Assembly: GCA_963752155.1 (NCBI GenBank)
Contig: CAVVXH010000009.1
Location: 1-26,578, forward strand
From: an uncultured Parachlamydiaceae bacterium
Lineage (GTDB): Bacteria; Chlamydiota; Chlamydiia; Chlamydiales; Parachlamydiaceae
Direction of reading: 5' to 3'
DNA: 26,578 nt
Below the pieces are notes generated by a model, which worked only from the letters and a program-made list of their open reading frames with translations, was not told where the DNA came from and made no database searches. The translations under genes were made by a program, and so were the position numbers. How positions within the stretch are numbered: position 1 is the stretch's first letter; each line of letters begins with the position of its first letter. This document shows positions 1-9,211 of this stretch, piece by piece.

Positions 1-1
1 C

Positions 2-1243
2 ATCGCTATTTTGATTGCCCTGATAGGTTCTTATGGACTGAACATCATTAGCGATCTCTTAACTCTGAGCTATCTTAAAAATACGCCCCCAGAGGGACTA
101 AAAGATTTGTATGATCCCAAAGAGTATCAAAGGTCTCAGGAATATTCCCGGGAACGCATTCGTTTCGGATTTGTTCGCTCCACTATTGACCTCATTGTCC
201 TTTTGGCCTTTTGGTATGCAAATGGATTTAATCTCTTGGACCAATGGCTGCGTGGCTTTGGTTGGTCTGAACTAGCTACAGGAATCGCTTACATCGGAAC
301 GCTAATTTTTGCATCCGCCTTAATTAATTTGCCCTTTAGCATCTATTCAACCTTTGTTCTTGAAGGAAAATTCGGATTCAATAAGACTACACCTAAAGTC
401 TTTATTACAGACAAAATCAAGGGAATATTGCTTAGTATCCTTCTCGGAGTACCTTTATTAATGGCCATCTTATGGTTTTTTGAAGTTACGGGCCCTTACG
501 CATGGCTTTATGCATGGGCCACGGTCACACTATTTACTCTTATCATTCAATATATCGCTCCGATTTGGATATTGCCTCTATTCAACAAGTTTACTCCTCT
601 CGAAGATAACACACTGAAGCAATCCATTTTTGATTATGCCAAATCTATAAAATATCCCCTCAAAGATATCTCCGTGATGGATGGAAGCAAACGTTCCGCT
701 AAGGCTAATGCTTTCTTCACAGGATGGGGGAAAAATAAACGGATTGCCTTATTTGATACGATGTTGGACAAATTTAACGTTAAAGAAATAGTGGCTGTGG
801 TGGCACACGAAGTAGGACATTGTAAACTTAAGCACACACTTAAAGGAACAATTCTGAGTGTTCTCAGCATGGGGATACTCTTTTATCTACTGTCGATTTT
901 TATAAAAAGCCCCGGTTTGTTTGAAGCTTTCGGGATGAGTCATATATCTACCTATGCGGGATTAGTTTTTTTTGGGATGCTCTACACACCAATAGAGATA
1001 CTCCTTTCAATAGTGAAAAATATTTTTTCCCGAAAACATGAATATGAAGCCGATCGCTATTCGGCGGAGACAACAGGCGATGGAGAGGCCCTAATCGCAG
1101 CTTTGAAAAAATTATCCGTACATAATCTTACAAACCTGACACCTCATCCTTTGACGGTTTTTTTAAATTACTCTCACCCTCCGCTTAAAGATAGAATTCA
1201 AGCTTTAGAAACTTGGGCACGAGCCGCTAAAACTATTATTTAG
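2..1243 (+). CDS. M48 family zinc metalloprotease (STE24/CAAX prenyl protease-like), 5' end runs off the window
   Basis: HEVGH (HExxH) motif, SKRSAKANAFFTG, EYEADRYS and C-terminal YSHPPLKDRI; multiple TM segments; frame is open back to position 2, so the true start is probably upstream. Confidence 0.93.
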   Translation: MAILIALIGSYGLNIISDLLTLSYLKNTPPEGLKDLYDPKEYQRSQEYSRERIRFGFVRSTIDLIVLLAFWYANGFNLLDQWLRGFGWSELATGIAYIGTLIFASALINLPFSIYSTFVLEGKFGFNKTTPKVFITDKIKGILLSILLGVPLLMAILWFFEVTGPYAWLYAWATVTLFTLIIQYIAPIWILPLFNKFTPLEDNTLKQSIFDYAKSIKYPLKDISVMDGSKRSAKANAFFTGWGKNKRIALFDTMLDKFNVKEIVAVVAHEVGHCKLKHTLKGTILSVLSMGILFYLLSIFIKSPGLFEAFGMSHISTYAGLVFFGMLYTPIEILLSIVKNIFSRKHEYEADRYSAETTGDGEALIAALKKLSVHNLTNLTPHPLTVFLNYSHPPLKDRIQALETWARAAKTII

Positions 1244-1467
1244 AGCCTTCAGCCTCATTTTGATCGTCTATTAGGTTCCCTTCCAGATCTATTGTCAATT
1301 TCTTGCAATTGGCAATCTCTTCGGGCATAGACTTAAGTTTGTTGCAACTTACATCTAAATTAATTTTTTTTATGCTCTTAGCCTCGGACCACTATTTGAG
1401 ATAGTTTAGATTTCCCAAAAGCGTTATGATTTATTATTTCTATAAATTGATAAAGTTGTTGGTAATC

Positions 1468-1833
1468 ATGACAAAAAAACGACAAAGCCGTCCTGTTAGT
1501 GCGCTTGATGTAGCAGCCCACATATTGGCTAACCACTTACAAAATACACCTATATTAGCTTGGAAGATGCATAAACTGGTGTATCTTTGCCAAGTCCAGC
1601 AGTTGATCAACGAAGGTGTGGTGATGTTCTCTGAAGAAATATTGTCAACGCCTAAAGGAGTTATGATTAAAGAACTTTGTGCTCTTCACTATAACCAATG
1701 GTATATAGGTGATAGTTCCAGAGGTAATTTAAATCATCTTTCGTTAAAGCAAATCGATGCAATTGATGAAGTGATGAAAAAATATGGAGATAAATCAGTT
1801 GAAGAATTGGATAAGTTAATTCAACTTACTTAA
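1468..1833 (+). CDS. Panacea/SocA-like (DUF4065) antitoxin-domain protein, divergent and apparently C-terminally truncated
   Basis: SALDVAAHIL...KMHKLVYLCQ...MFSEEI...IDEVMKKYGDKSVEEL follows the DUF4065 pattern, but the usual AWxxGPV is STPKGVM and the final THxExPW is missing; ATG at 1468 preferred over 1426. Confidence 0.7.
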   Translation: MTKKRQSRPVSALDVAAHILANHLQNTPILAWKMHKLVYLCQVQQLINEGVVMFSEEILSTPKGVMIKELCALHYNQWYIGDSSRGNLNHLSLKQIDAIDEVMKKYGDKSVEELDKLIQLT

Positions 1834-1895
1834 AAATCCCTTTGCGATTCCAGAATCAATTATTAATGACATTAAAGCGGTCCACTTTATTTTAA

Positions 1896-2297
1896 TTATG
1901 ATTGTGTTGCTGCATTTGTATAAAATTTTGGATGCTTGTAATGTCTATAGGCAACGAGTGCACCAAGAACACAACTAGCTGCAAGTAAAACAAGTAAGGC
2001 AGTTTGTGCTTGCGTAGATGCAACTGCTAAGTCTGTTAATCTTGCATTTTCTTCAATGATTTCTTTTAAATCAACGATAAAGGGATTTAATGGAATAAGG
2101 GGTTTTGCAGGAAAACTAAGAGCTTGCATTCCAAAACTAATGAGACTTCTACCAAGAAATGGAGCAATTATTAGGAGTGTTGCGCTCCCAAGCAGGGCAA
2201 TAGTGAAATTTGTAATACGAAGATCAAGCGGATTTACTTGCGGTGAAGTAAATAGAGCTTTATAAGATTGAATAAGTTCGCCTATTACACATTCCAT
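1896..2297 (-). CDS. Hypothetical membrane protein with two hydrophobic segments
   Basis: 133-aa ORF with hydrophobic stretches FTIALLGSATLLIIAPFLG and ALLVLLAASCVLGALVAY; sigma70-like promoter upstream. Confidence 0.7.
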   Translation of the reverse strand: MECVIGELIQSYKALFTSPQVNPLDLRITNFTIALLGSATLLIIAPFLGRSLISFGMQALSFPAKPLIPLNPFIVDLKEIIEENARLTDLAVASTQAQTALLVLLAASCVLGALVAYRHYKHPKFYTNAATQS

Positions 2298-2339
2298 ATT
2301 AATGTCTCATTTTTGTTTATTAATTTATCAACTAACTTA

Positions 2340-2369
2340 ATTTTAACAGAAAATAAGAATTAAAGTCAA
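2340..2369 (-). promoter_or_regulatory. Putative sigma70/sigma66 promoter of ORF 1896-2297
   Basis: Minus strand reads TTGACT-N18-TAAAAT about 45 nt upstream of the ATG. Confidence 0.5.
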
Positions 2370-2520
2370 TAAATATTATATAAATATATCTATAAATTTG
2401 TTGCTTTGGATACAACGTTTATAGTCAATTGCTAGTCCAAAAGTTTAAGCCATACGGAGAACAGGATTACTTCTTGATATTGCATATTTCCCGGTTAAAT
2501 AATTATTGCCGAACTGATTC

Positions 2521-3003
2521 TTAGTCCCATTCTATATCCAGCAAGATCCGCTTCCGATTGAGCCCACCCGCAAATCCGGCGAGTCCTCCGTCGGAACCTA
2601 TCACACGGTGACATGGAATCACGATCGAAATGGGATTCCGCCCAATTGCCGTACCAACCGCCCTATATGCATTTGGATGGCCGATTTCTATCGCTATGTC
2701 TTTATAAGTACATACCTCTCCAAACGAGATTTTATAAATAGCTTCCCAAACAGCCCGTTGAAATTGGGTTCCATTTGTCTCTAACGGCAAGTCAAATTCT
2801 TTTCTCTCATGTAGAAAATATTCATTCAATTGCTTTTCTGTTTCCAAAATCACTGGATCTTCTTTTGCTTCATCCATTTGGTCCAAACGGACACGATTAA
2901 GCTTTTCATTATCCCACAAAATAGCCACTAATTTTTGATCATTGACTACGATTTTAAGGGGACCTAATGGAGATTTAATTATTTTATATTTAAGTGTTTT
3001 CAT
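2521..3003 (-). CDS. ogt: Methylated-DNA--protein-cysteine methyltransferase
   Basis: Active-site PCHRV, GTQFQRAVW, RAVGTAIGRNP; ATG at 3003 preceded by AAGGA. Confidence 0.95.
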   Translation of the reverse strand: MKTLKYKIIKSPLGPLKIVVNDQKLVAILWDNEKLNRVRLDQMDEAKEDPVILETEKQLNEYFLHERKEFDLPLETNGTQFQRAVWEAIYKISFGEVCTYKDIAIEIGHPNAYRAVGTAIGRNPISIVIPCHRVIGSDGGLAGFAGGLNRKRILLDIEWD

Positions 3004-3104
3004 TTTTTCCTTCAGTTTCAAATAATTTTTGCAAATGCCTTGTACTTACTCCAATGAACATTGCACCCATAGTAATATGTGTTCTTTTTTTGATACAATG
3101 ATTA

Positions 3105-3560
3105 TTACGATACAAGCTTGTGAAGCGAATTTGCAAATTGCTGGAGATCTTTCGGACCAAAGAGCGCAGTCCTTCCAGTTATTGAGCCAGCATCATAAAA
3201 TTCTTTCATGATATCGCGCATCGATAAAATTGAACCAATGGTATCTTCCCGATAGATTTCACCTCGCGGATTTAAAGCTTTGGCTTTTTTTTTCAAAACC
3301 TTTGCTGCTAAAGGGATATCTGCAGTGATGACAATATCGTGAACTTCGACTTGATCAATGATGTATTGATCGGCTGCATCAAACCCTTTATCTACAACAA
3401 TGAGTTGTATCTGATCACTAAGTGGGATGAGTTGATAAGAATTTGCCACAAGAATAACTTTAATATTTAAACGTCGACTTACCTTAAAAACGCACTCTTT
3501 GACTACTTTAGGGCAAGCGTCAGCGTCAATCCATATTGTATTAGGCTTATGTTTTGGCAT
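3105..3560 (-). CDS. YaiI/YqxD family protein (DUF188)
   Basis: IWIDADACP, GFDAADQYI, VITADIPLA motifs; start uncertain (3560 or 3590). Confidence 0.9.
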   Translation of the reverse strand: MPKHKPNTIWIDADACPKVVKECVFKVSRRLNIKVILVANSYQLIPLSDQIQLIVVDKGFDAADQYIIDQVEVHDIVITADIPLAAKVLKKKAKALNPRGEIYREDTIGSILSMRDIMKEFYDAGSITGRTALFGPKDLQQFANSLHKLVS

Positions 3561-3618
3561 TGTAGAAAAATTTAAAGGTTTAATAGCCAAGGTAAGTGTG
3601 GCTACTTCTGGTTGCTTT

Positions 3619-3647
3619 TGGAGTGTCTGACGATTCAGAGCACTCCA
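3619..3647. terminator. Stem-loop between ORF 3693-4694 and the yaiI-like gene
   Basis: TGGAGTG-TCTGA-cgat-TCAGA-g-CACTCCA; lacks a clear U tract on the minus strand. Confidence 0.35.
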
Positions 3648-3692
3648 GAGTAGTTTATACGGCTTAAAAATGCAAGAAGAAGAAATCCTATG

Positions 3693-4694
3693 TTAAGACA
3701 TTTGGATGTTTTTTCCAGGATTGATGTTAGGTGCATTTGACTCCAAAAAATCTTCAAATTTGAAAAAAGAGAAATCAAAATAAAAAAGAGAAATTATACG
3801 ATTTTCAGATTTAGCCGGATCCCTCCGGACTAACAGTGATTCGTGTAGGTCGTCAATTACTTTCCAAATCTCTACCAATTGATTTTCGATAAAAAATGCA
3901 GCAATATGACGTGTAGAAGTACTGCCACCATTATGAACCTGCGATGCAAGGAAATGATTAATTAGATTAGATTTTGCTTTTACGATATTATTTTGTAGTG
4001 TTATGAAAGTTCTTCGAATTTCTTTTCTTTTTTCTCTGTTTTTTGTTTTCCCGGTTTCGATGAAATCAGCCTTTAGCTGAGAAAGCATGTGAGTGAACCG
4101 AAAAGTAATGAAATATTCAAATTCTCCATAAGGCGCAGTATCTAGATTATTAAATCGTGATAATAATTCTATAAAGTCAGATATGTGGGTTTCACAGGAT
4201 TTGTCTGCCTCTATAGCTTTTTCTGTCTCAACAGGAAGGTTACAGTCAAATTTAGCTAATAACAACGAAGAGATGTCATCTTTAGATCTAAGAAGCTTTA
4301 TTATGAGGCCCATCCTAATCAATGAAAACTCTTTGCTGTGGAGTTGGCTGTACATATCTTTTAATTGAGATGTGATTTCCACCATAGGATGTTGTGGCAG
4401 ATTTTCAAGAATATTTGTCGTTTCAAAACAAAGGAATCTTTCATTAATTTTATCTGAAGTTATTTTTATATTTTCTTTTAATTCTTTAGTGACTGTATAA
4501 AGTTCGGTAATTTTTACCATATCAACAGTACAGATGCTCTTGACTGCACTTATGTTAAAAAAATTAACAAATTTTAAAAAAACATTTTTACATTCATCTA
4601 TATCATTAGAGTGTGACAATACATCATTAAACTGATTAATAATCATTGGTAAGTCACTTGAATTAGGTAAATAATTTTGGCTAACAAGTTCCAT
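3693..4694 (-). CDS. Hypothetical protein (333 aa)
   Basis: Long AT-rich ORF with AAGGA RBS; no motif recognised. Confidence 0.75.
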   Translation of the reverse strand: MELVSQNYLPNSSDLPMIINQFNDVLSHSNDIDECKNVFLKFVNFFNISAVKSICTVDMVKITELYTVTKELKENIKITSDKINERFLCFETTNILENLPQHPMVEITSQLKDMYSQLHSKEFSLIRMGLIIKLLRSKDDISSLLLAKFDCNLPVETEKAIEADKSCETHISDFIELLSRFNNLDTAPYGEFEYFITFRFTHMLSQLKADFIETGKTKNREKRKEIRRTFITLQNNIVKAKSNLINHFLASQVHNGGSTSTRHIAAFFIENQLVEIWKVIDDLHESLLVRRDPAKSENRIISLFYFDFSFFKFEDFLESNAPNINPGKNIQMS

Positions 4695-4927
4695 TCGATA
4701 TTCCTTTTAGGTAGGTTAACAATAAAAAACGCCTTTTGCAAATTAGAGACGTTCCCATACAAATTTGATAATGATTATATGATATATAAAAATAAAGCAC
4801 AAGTAAAAGGTTATTTTAAAAAAATAATTTCTTTACATGTGTGAACAAAAGCATTTGATCATTCGAAAAAAACGTAGCTTGCCACTTGCCTTCTCCGTGA
4901 GTAAATCTTTGATTGTCTTTAGCTTCC

Positions 4928-5047
4928 TCAAGCAATCGCAGCCAATCCATTTCTCTCTACAAGTGATAATAGCTTTAGAGAAGGACCAGCGGGATGCTTT
5001 GCACCCCTTTCCCATTGGCTTACGGAATCTTTTAAGTGTCTGTTAAA
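4928..5047 (-). pseudogene. C-terminal remnant of an XRE-family HTH protein (COG2944/HigA-like antitoxin)
   Basis: Minus strand reads FNRHLKDSVSQWERGAKHPAGPSLKLLSLVERNGLAAIA*; no start codon before an upstream in-frame stop; absent from the ORF track. Confidence 0.8.
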
Positions 5048-5135
5048 GCCCCTACTTTCTCGCTTAAATTAATTGTAAATATATTGCAACAACGCTATTT
5101 TTCCCTTTAAGAGAACACTATTAAAGGGAAACATA

Positions 5136-6215
5136 ATGAGCGTTTACACCTATTTGTGGGCATTTATATTCTGCTTTAACGTTTTAAACGCTTCTTCAAA
5201 TACTTCAGAAGCCGAAGCTGGTTTCGATAAAGGACATCATAAGCTATTTTATCCCGGATCTTTGGCGATTATACCGCAGGATGGCAGAGAAGTATTTTAC
5301 GAGGCATTTGCCGCTGCCGAACATGAAATAAGGATTGAAATATGCGTTCTCGAAGATCCTTGCATCCTTAAAAGTCTTAATCATGCCATAGAACGAGGTG
5401 TTCGAGTTCGTGCAATTGTAGATCATGGCAAATACGAAACCACTCCTCTCGAAAGGATGAATCTTGCCAAATATTTGACCAAAGCCGGTGGTCAGCTACA
5501 CCTGAGCAATCCAATATTTCCACGTAGTTTTCCAAAGGTTATTATCATTGATAATCGTTATGTGCTCATAGGGACGGCTTGTTTGGACACGGAAACGTTT
5601 GCTCAATATCGTGATTATGTTTATGTCAGTGATGTTTCCGACATTATCGAATGCCTTTCAAATTTATTTGAAAATGACTGGTATTATTCAAGACGCCCCG
5701 GTCATTCTTTTCCGACGTTTAATCCTACGCCTGTTATTACAGTGGAAAATCTTATTGTAGCTCCCGTGAATTCAGCGGATCAACTTGTAGACTTTATTCA
5801 GGGGGCAAATAAAACGTTGGATGTGACTTCGGAATTGCTGGGGAATCCGACTTTAGAGAGTGAACTATCCGCTGCAGTGACTAGGGGTGTACGAGTGCGT
5901 TTGATTGCTCCGAAAGTTGTCAATGGGGCTACTGCGGAAGAGCAAGAGCTGCAAACTTTTTCGTTGCATAAACTACAGACAGCCGGCATTAAAGTTCATG
6001 TAACGGTTTTGCCGGAGAGTCGTGAACATCCTTACATGCATGCTCGTACGGCTATTGCGGATGGAAAGGTTGCGTATGTGGGGTCGATTAGCCTTTCGCC
6101 TGATTCTTCGACTTTTAATAGAGAAGTTGGGCTGATTTTAGATAAGAAACGTGTTGTTGATAAATTGCGAAAGCAATTTGAAATTGACTATCGGACAAAA
6201 AGTAAGAGAGAATAA
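5136..6215 (+). CDS. Phospholipase D superfamily protein (two PLDc domains) with signal-peptide-like N-terminus and non-canonical HKD motifs
   Basis: AIERGVRVRAIVD and AVTRGVRVRLI repeats; motifs FPKVIIIDNRYVLIGT and HARTAIADGKVAYVGSISL; NREVGL. Confidence 0.88.
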   Translation: MSVYTYLWAFIFCFNVLNASSNTSEAEAGFDKGHHKLFYPGSLAIIPQDGREVFYEAFAAAEHEIRIEICVLEDPCILKSLNHAIERGVRVRAIVDHGKYETTPLERMNLAKYLTKAGGQLHLSNPIFPRSFPKVIIIDNRYVLIGTACLDTETFAQYRDYVYVSDVSDIIECLSNLFENDWYYSRRPGHSFPTFNPTPVITVENLIVAPVNSADQLVDFIQGANKTLDVTSELLGNPTLESELSAAVTRGVRVRLIAPKVVNGATAEEQELQTFSLHKLQTAGIKVHVTVLPESREHPYMHARTAIADGKVAYVGSISLSPDSSTFNREVGLILDKKRVVDKLRKQFEIDYRTKSKRE

Positions 6216-6236
6216 ATTTTCGACCGGTCCATTATT

Positions 6237-6435
6237 AAAATTTTTGGAGTGCGCGTGGCTTTGCCACCGCAGAACGTAGCCTCTATACGAGTTATGCCTG
6301 CGGACGTAGCCTCGATAGAACTCAAGCAAGTGTTCTAACCAGGTTAGTATGAGTTAATGGAGGCAACGTCTACCGGCAAACTCGTATAGAGGCTACGTTC
6401 TGCGGTGGCAAAGCCACGCGCACCCCAAAAATTTT
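6237..6435. repeat. 199-bp palindromic element (REP/MITE-like)
   Basis: Arms 6237-6293 and 6379-6435 are reverse complements over 57 bp with one mismatch; imperfect pairing continues inward; GC-rich relative to flanks. Confidence 0.92.
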
Positions 6436-6598
6436 TTTATTAGCTGCTTAACTTCACTAGGATATCTCGTTCCCCAAGTTAATATATATCGTATGAAACA
6501 AGTTGGTTTCATTTAAGGAAAATCATGAGTCCAATCCAATTCTAGACTTTGAGTTTCTTACAAAAATTATTAAACAAAGATAACAATAAGGAGAGATC

Positions 6599-6676
6599 AT
6601 GATCCTTAAGTTCCAACTTGAGTGTACAACAAATTATTCTGAGGAAGACTTGAGTGAGGGACTTACTTCTGTTTAA
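6599..6676 (+). CDS. Possible 25-aa small ORF or truncated gene start
   Basis: TAAGGAG RBS 5 nt before ATG; MILKFQLECTTNYSEEDLSEGLTSV*. Confidence 0.3.
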   Translation: MILKFQLECTTNYSEEDLSEGLTSV

Positions 6677-6697
6677 CTTAGACGCAATTTTAAAATT

Positions 6698-7078
6698 TTA
6701 AAAATAATCATCTAAGCAATAATCACCTGTTGTCGATGCAGGATTATCATCGTCAGTTAGACGGTAATAGTAAATATCTAAGTTACATTTGTTGAAAGCC
6801 CATGCATGGGGGATACTATCATCAAAAAATACCAGCGTTTGATCCGAGATTACCAGTTCTTCGCTTTCATTCCCATACCACAATTTTGCAGTTCCATTTT
6901 GTTTCACCAAGGCTACAAGAGGTCTATCCCCATTGGTGAAATATCGAGTGTGAGTCGGGAATTCTCCAGAGAACTTAATTCTGTTCTCAGTTGTAATTAG
7001 TCGAATTTTCTGGAAACGATTAAGTATACTTGTTAAATTTTCGCTATTGAATGCAACGATAATTGGATATTCAACCAT
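6698..7078 (-). CDS. Hypothetical protein, possibly cupin/double-stranded beta-helix fold
   Basis: 126-aa ORF, beta-rich pattern with FPTH...GTAKLW...LVFFDDSIPHAW. Confidence 0.6.
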   Translation of the reverse strand: MVEYPIIVAFNSENLTSILNRFQKIRLITTENRIKFSGEFPTHTRYFTNGDRPLVALVKQNGTAKLWYGNESEELVISDQTLVFFDDSIPHAWAFNKCNLDIYYYRLTDDDNPASTTGDYCLDDYF

Positions 7079-7281
7079 GTTTGAGGCCCTTTAATTATTT
7101 GGCTTTATTCACCTTTTGGAAATACGGTCAGCTGAGAAATGCCGTCTATGCTGCTTTGCTCCTTGGTAATATTTAAGGCCCAAATTAGCACATTCGGAGC
7201 TTCACTGCAATCATTAAGTTAGTTAAATTCAATGGCATTTTGTTCTTAAATTATTTATAATCAAAATTATAGGTGCCGAAA

Positions 7282-7887
7282 ATGAAAATGCTAGAAACCA
7301 AGCGAATTATGATTCGATCTTTTACTATCGATGATCTACAATCGATTCATCAAATATTAGATCACGAACTACAGGATTCTGATTTTGGAAATGAAGGAAG
7401 TCAAACGCTAGAGGAGCGTCAAAGATGGTTACAATGGACCTTGTTGAACGATGAGCAACTTTCCAAACTCCACCAGCCTCCCTATGGAGAACGAGCAATA
7501 GTAGAAAAAGAAACTAGTAAACTCATAGGAATCTGTGGGTATGTGCCTTGTTTAGACTGTTTTGAACAATTATGTGATTTTAATCAAACTGACAAATTTA
7601 CTGCTCAAAGTCTTACCACAACTGAATTTGGACTTTTTTATGCCATTTCAAAAAGTTTTCAAGGCTTAGGCTTTGGGACAGAAGCAGCGGCAGCTATGGT
7701 CGCTTATGCGTTCGAGCATTTGCAAGTCAAAAGAATTATTGCCACCACAACTTATGATAATGCAGCTTCAATTAATGTGATGCGTAAATTAGGGATGGAT
7801 CTTAAGAAAAATTCTCTTTTGACACCTTCTTGGCTGCAAGTTGTGGGTGTTCTCGATAATTTTATAATACTTCCTAAGAAAAGGTGA
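7282..7887 (+). CDS. GNAT N-acetyltransferase, RimJ/RimL type
   Basis: LETKRIMIR, acetyl-CoA motif QGLGFGTEAA, NAASINVMRKLGM; start could be 7273, 7282 or 7288. Confidence 0.92.
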   Translation: MKMLETKRIMIRSFTIDDLQSIHQILDHELQDSDFGNEGSQTLEERQRWLQWTLLNDEQLSKLHQPPYGERAIVEKETSKLIGICGYVPCLDCFEQLCDFNQTDKFTAQSLTTTEFGLFYAISKSFQGLGFGTEAAAAMVAYAFEHLQVKRIIATTTYDNAASINVMRKLGMDLKKNSLLTPSWLQVVGVLDNFIILPKKR

Positions 7888-8016
7888 ATCTAGGAAATTT
7901 ATTTTATTTGTCATTAGCTTGTTCGTGGGAAGCAATCTCATTGCAGAAGCCAATGAATGTTCAAGTTTAGGAAAAGCTCTTGAACATTTTCACATACATG
8001 CGGTAAGGTTGAAGAA

Positions 8017-8207
8017 ATGGCCAAGCCCAAAAAAATTAAAGATGAGGTCCGTGTATCTTTCGTCTTACTAAAAGCTCAAGCTGAATGGGGAAAACACATG
8101 GCCTTCCAAATGAGCGTGCAAGAGAAAAGAATGATTTCGGCTTCCGAGGCCATGCGTATGGATATTGAAACCGTTATTCAGTGCCTAAGCAGTTGGATCT
8201 TTTTTAA
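8017..8207 (+). pseudogene. Small ribbon-helix-helix-like protein, probably frameshifted near 8175
   Basis: MAKPKKIKDEVRVSFVL... alternating beta strand then helices; adding one T at GTTAT (8173-8177) gives the ending ETVYSVPKQLDLF* with stop at 8205-8207. Confidence 0.45.
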
Positions 8208-8284
8208 AAGAAATTAAAAGAAATTGGGATCTTTTACAAAAAGACCAGTTCGAAAAAATCCATAAAATTAACCCCCTGGTTTAG
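8207..8284 (+). pseudogene. C-terminal remnant of a DUF4160 protein
   Basis: KEIKRNWDLLQKDQFEKIHKINPLV* ends 2 nt before the DUF2442 ATG; NW...KIxPL is the typical DUF4160 ending and DUF4160-DUF2442 is a conserved gene pair. Confidence 0.7.
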
Positions 8285-8286
8285 CT

Positions 8287-8601
8287 ATGATAGTAAAAAA
8301 AGCAGAATACGTTAAAGACTATAAAATAAAGTTGCTTTTTAGTGATGGCATCACGAAAATTGTAGACTTCAAACCATTCGTTCAAAGCACTCGAAAGCTC
8401 ACAGCTCCCCTTTTAAATGCAGAATATTTTAAGAGTTTTACTGTTGATGAAATAACCATATGTTGGCCTAATGGGTTAGACTTCGCTCCAGATTTCTTAC
8501 ATGAAATTGGGAAAGAAGTTCAATTAAGAAAAAAACAAATGAAGCCATCAATAAGGCGTATACGCTCTACAAATCAAAAAATTTCAAAGGCTATTTCTTG
8601 A
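8287..8601 (+). CDS. DUF2442 domain-containing protein (putative antitoxin)
   Basis: AEYVKDYKIKLLFSDG...VDFKPF...TICWPNGLDFAPDFLH. Confidence 0.9.
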   Translation: MIVKKAEYVKDYKIKLLFSDGITKIVDFKPFVQSTRKLTAPLLNAEYFKSFTVDEITICWPNGLDFAPDFLHEIGKEVQLRKKQMKPSIRRIRSTNQKISKAIS

Positions 8602-8671
8602 TTTTTTATCATGTTTTTTTAGTAGTTTAAACGAGCTAATATTTCTGTCTGATATTATATTTAGTACGCCA

Positions 8672-9211
8672 TTATTTTAAAGGAGCCTCTAGCCAACAAC
8701 AATTATAATGTTTACCGTCGAACTTCACTGTCTTGGACAATGTTCCGGCTAATTTAAATCCAAATTTCTCAAATGCATGTTTACCTACTTGTTTTTCAAA
8801 TAACGTGACCCAAACAATCATCTGTTCGAGATGAGGGACTTCCTCTAGCTTGCTCTTTAAGCCATTATAGAGCGCAGTCAGAACACCATGCCTTCGAAAT
8901 GATGAATCTACATATGCACTACAAATCTCTACTTGATGCCGCATATACAGGCCAAAAAGCTCTGTCGCTCCTAACATGCCAATTAACTTTCCTTCATGCA
9001 GAGCAATAAAAAACCACTTTCCTTTTCCATGAAACGCGTCTAAACACATCTTTTTCCATTCTTCATCAGATTTTCCAGTTTCATCTTCTCGGGAGATCCC
9101 ATATGCTCTTGGTTCTTCCTTAAGAGCCTCAAGTCGCAAATATCGAAACTCTTCCCAATCATCGGCATTTAATGACCTAATCACAATTTCAGCGCCTGAG
9201 ATGGTCAACAT
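8672..9211 (-). CDS. GNAT family N-acetyltransferase
   Basis: WEEFRYLRLEALKEEPRAYG, YVDSSFRRHGV, FEKFGF; start uncertain (9211 or 9223). Confidence 0.88.
   Translation of the reverse strand: MLTISGAEIVIRSLNADDWEEFRYLRLEALKEEPRAYGISREDETGKSDEEWKKMCLDAFHGKGKWFFIALHEGKLIGMLGATELFGLYMRHQVEICSAYVDSSFRRHGVLTALYNGLKSKLEEVPHLEQMIVWVTLFEKQVGKHAFEKFGFKLAGTLSKTVKFDGKHYNCCWLEAPLK

Noticed and set aside
1291..1316. ATTGTCAATT/AATTGGCAAT dyad after the M48 gene
   Set aside because: Weak AT-rich stem without a clear U tract
4833..5046. ORF-track calls 4833-5015 and 4837-5046
   Set aside because: Wrong frames over the XRE remnant
6138..6329. 63-aa minus-strand ORF
   Set aside because: Derived from the palindrome and antisense to the PLD gene
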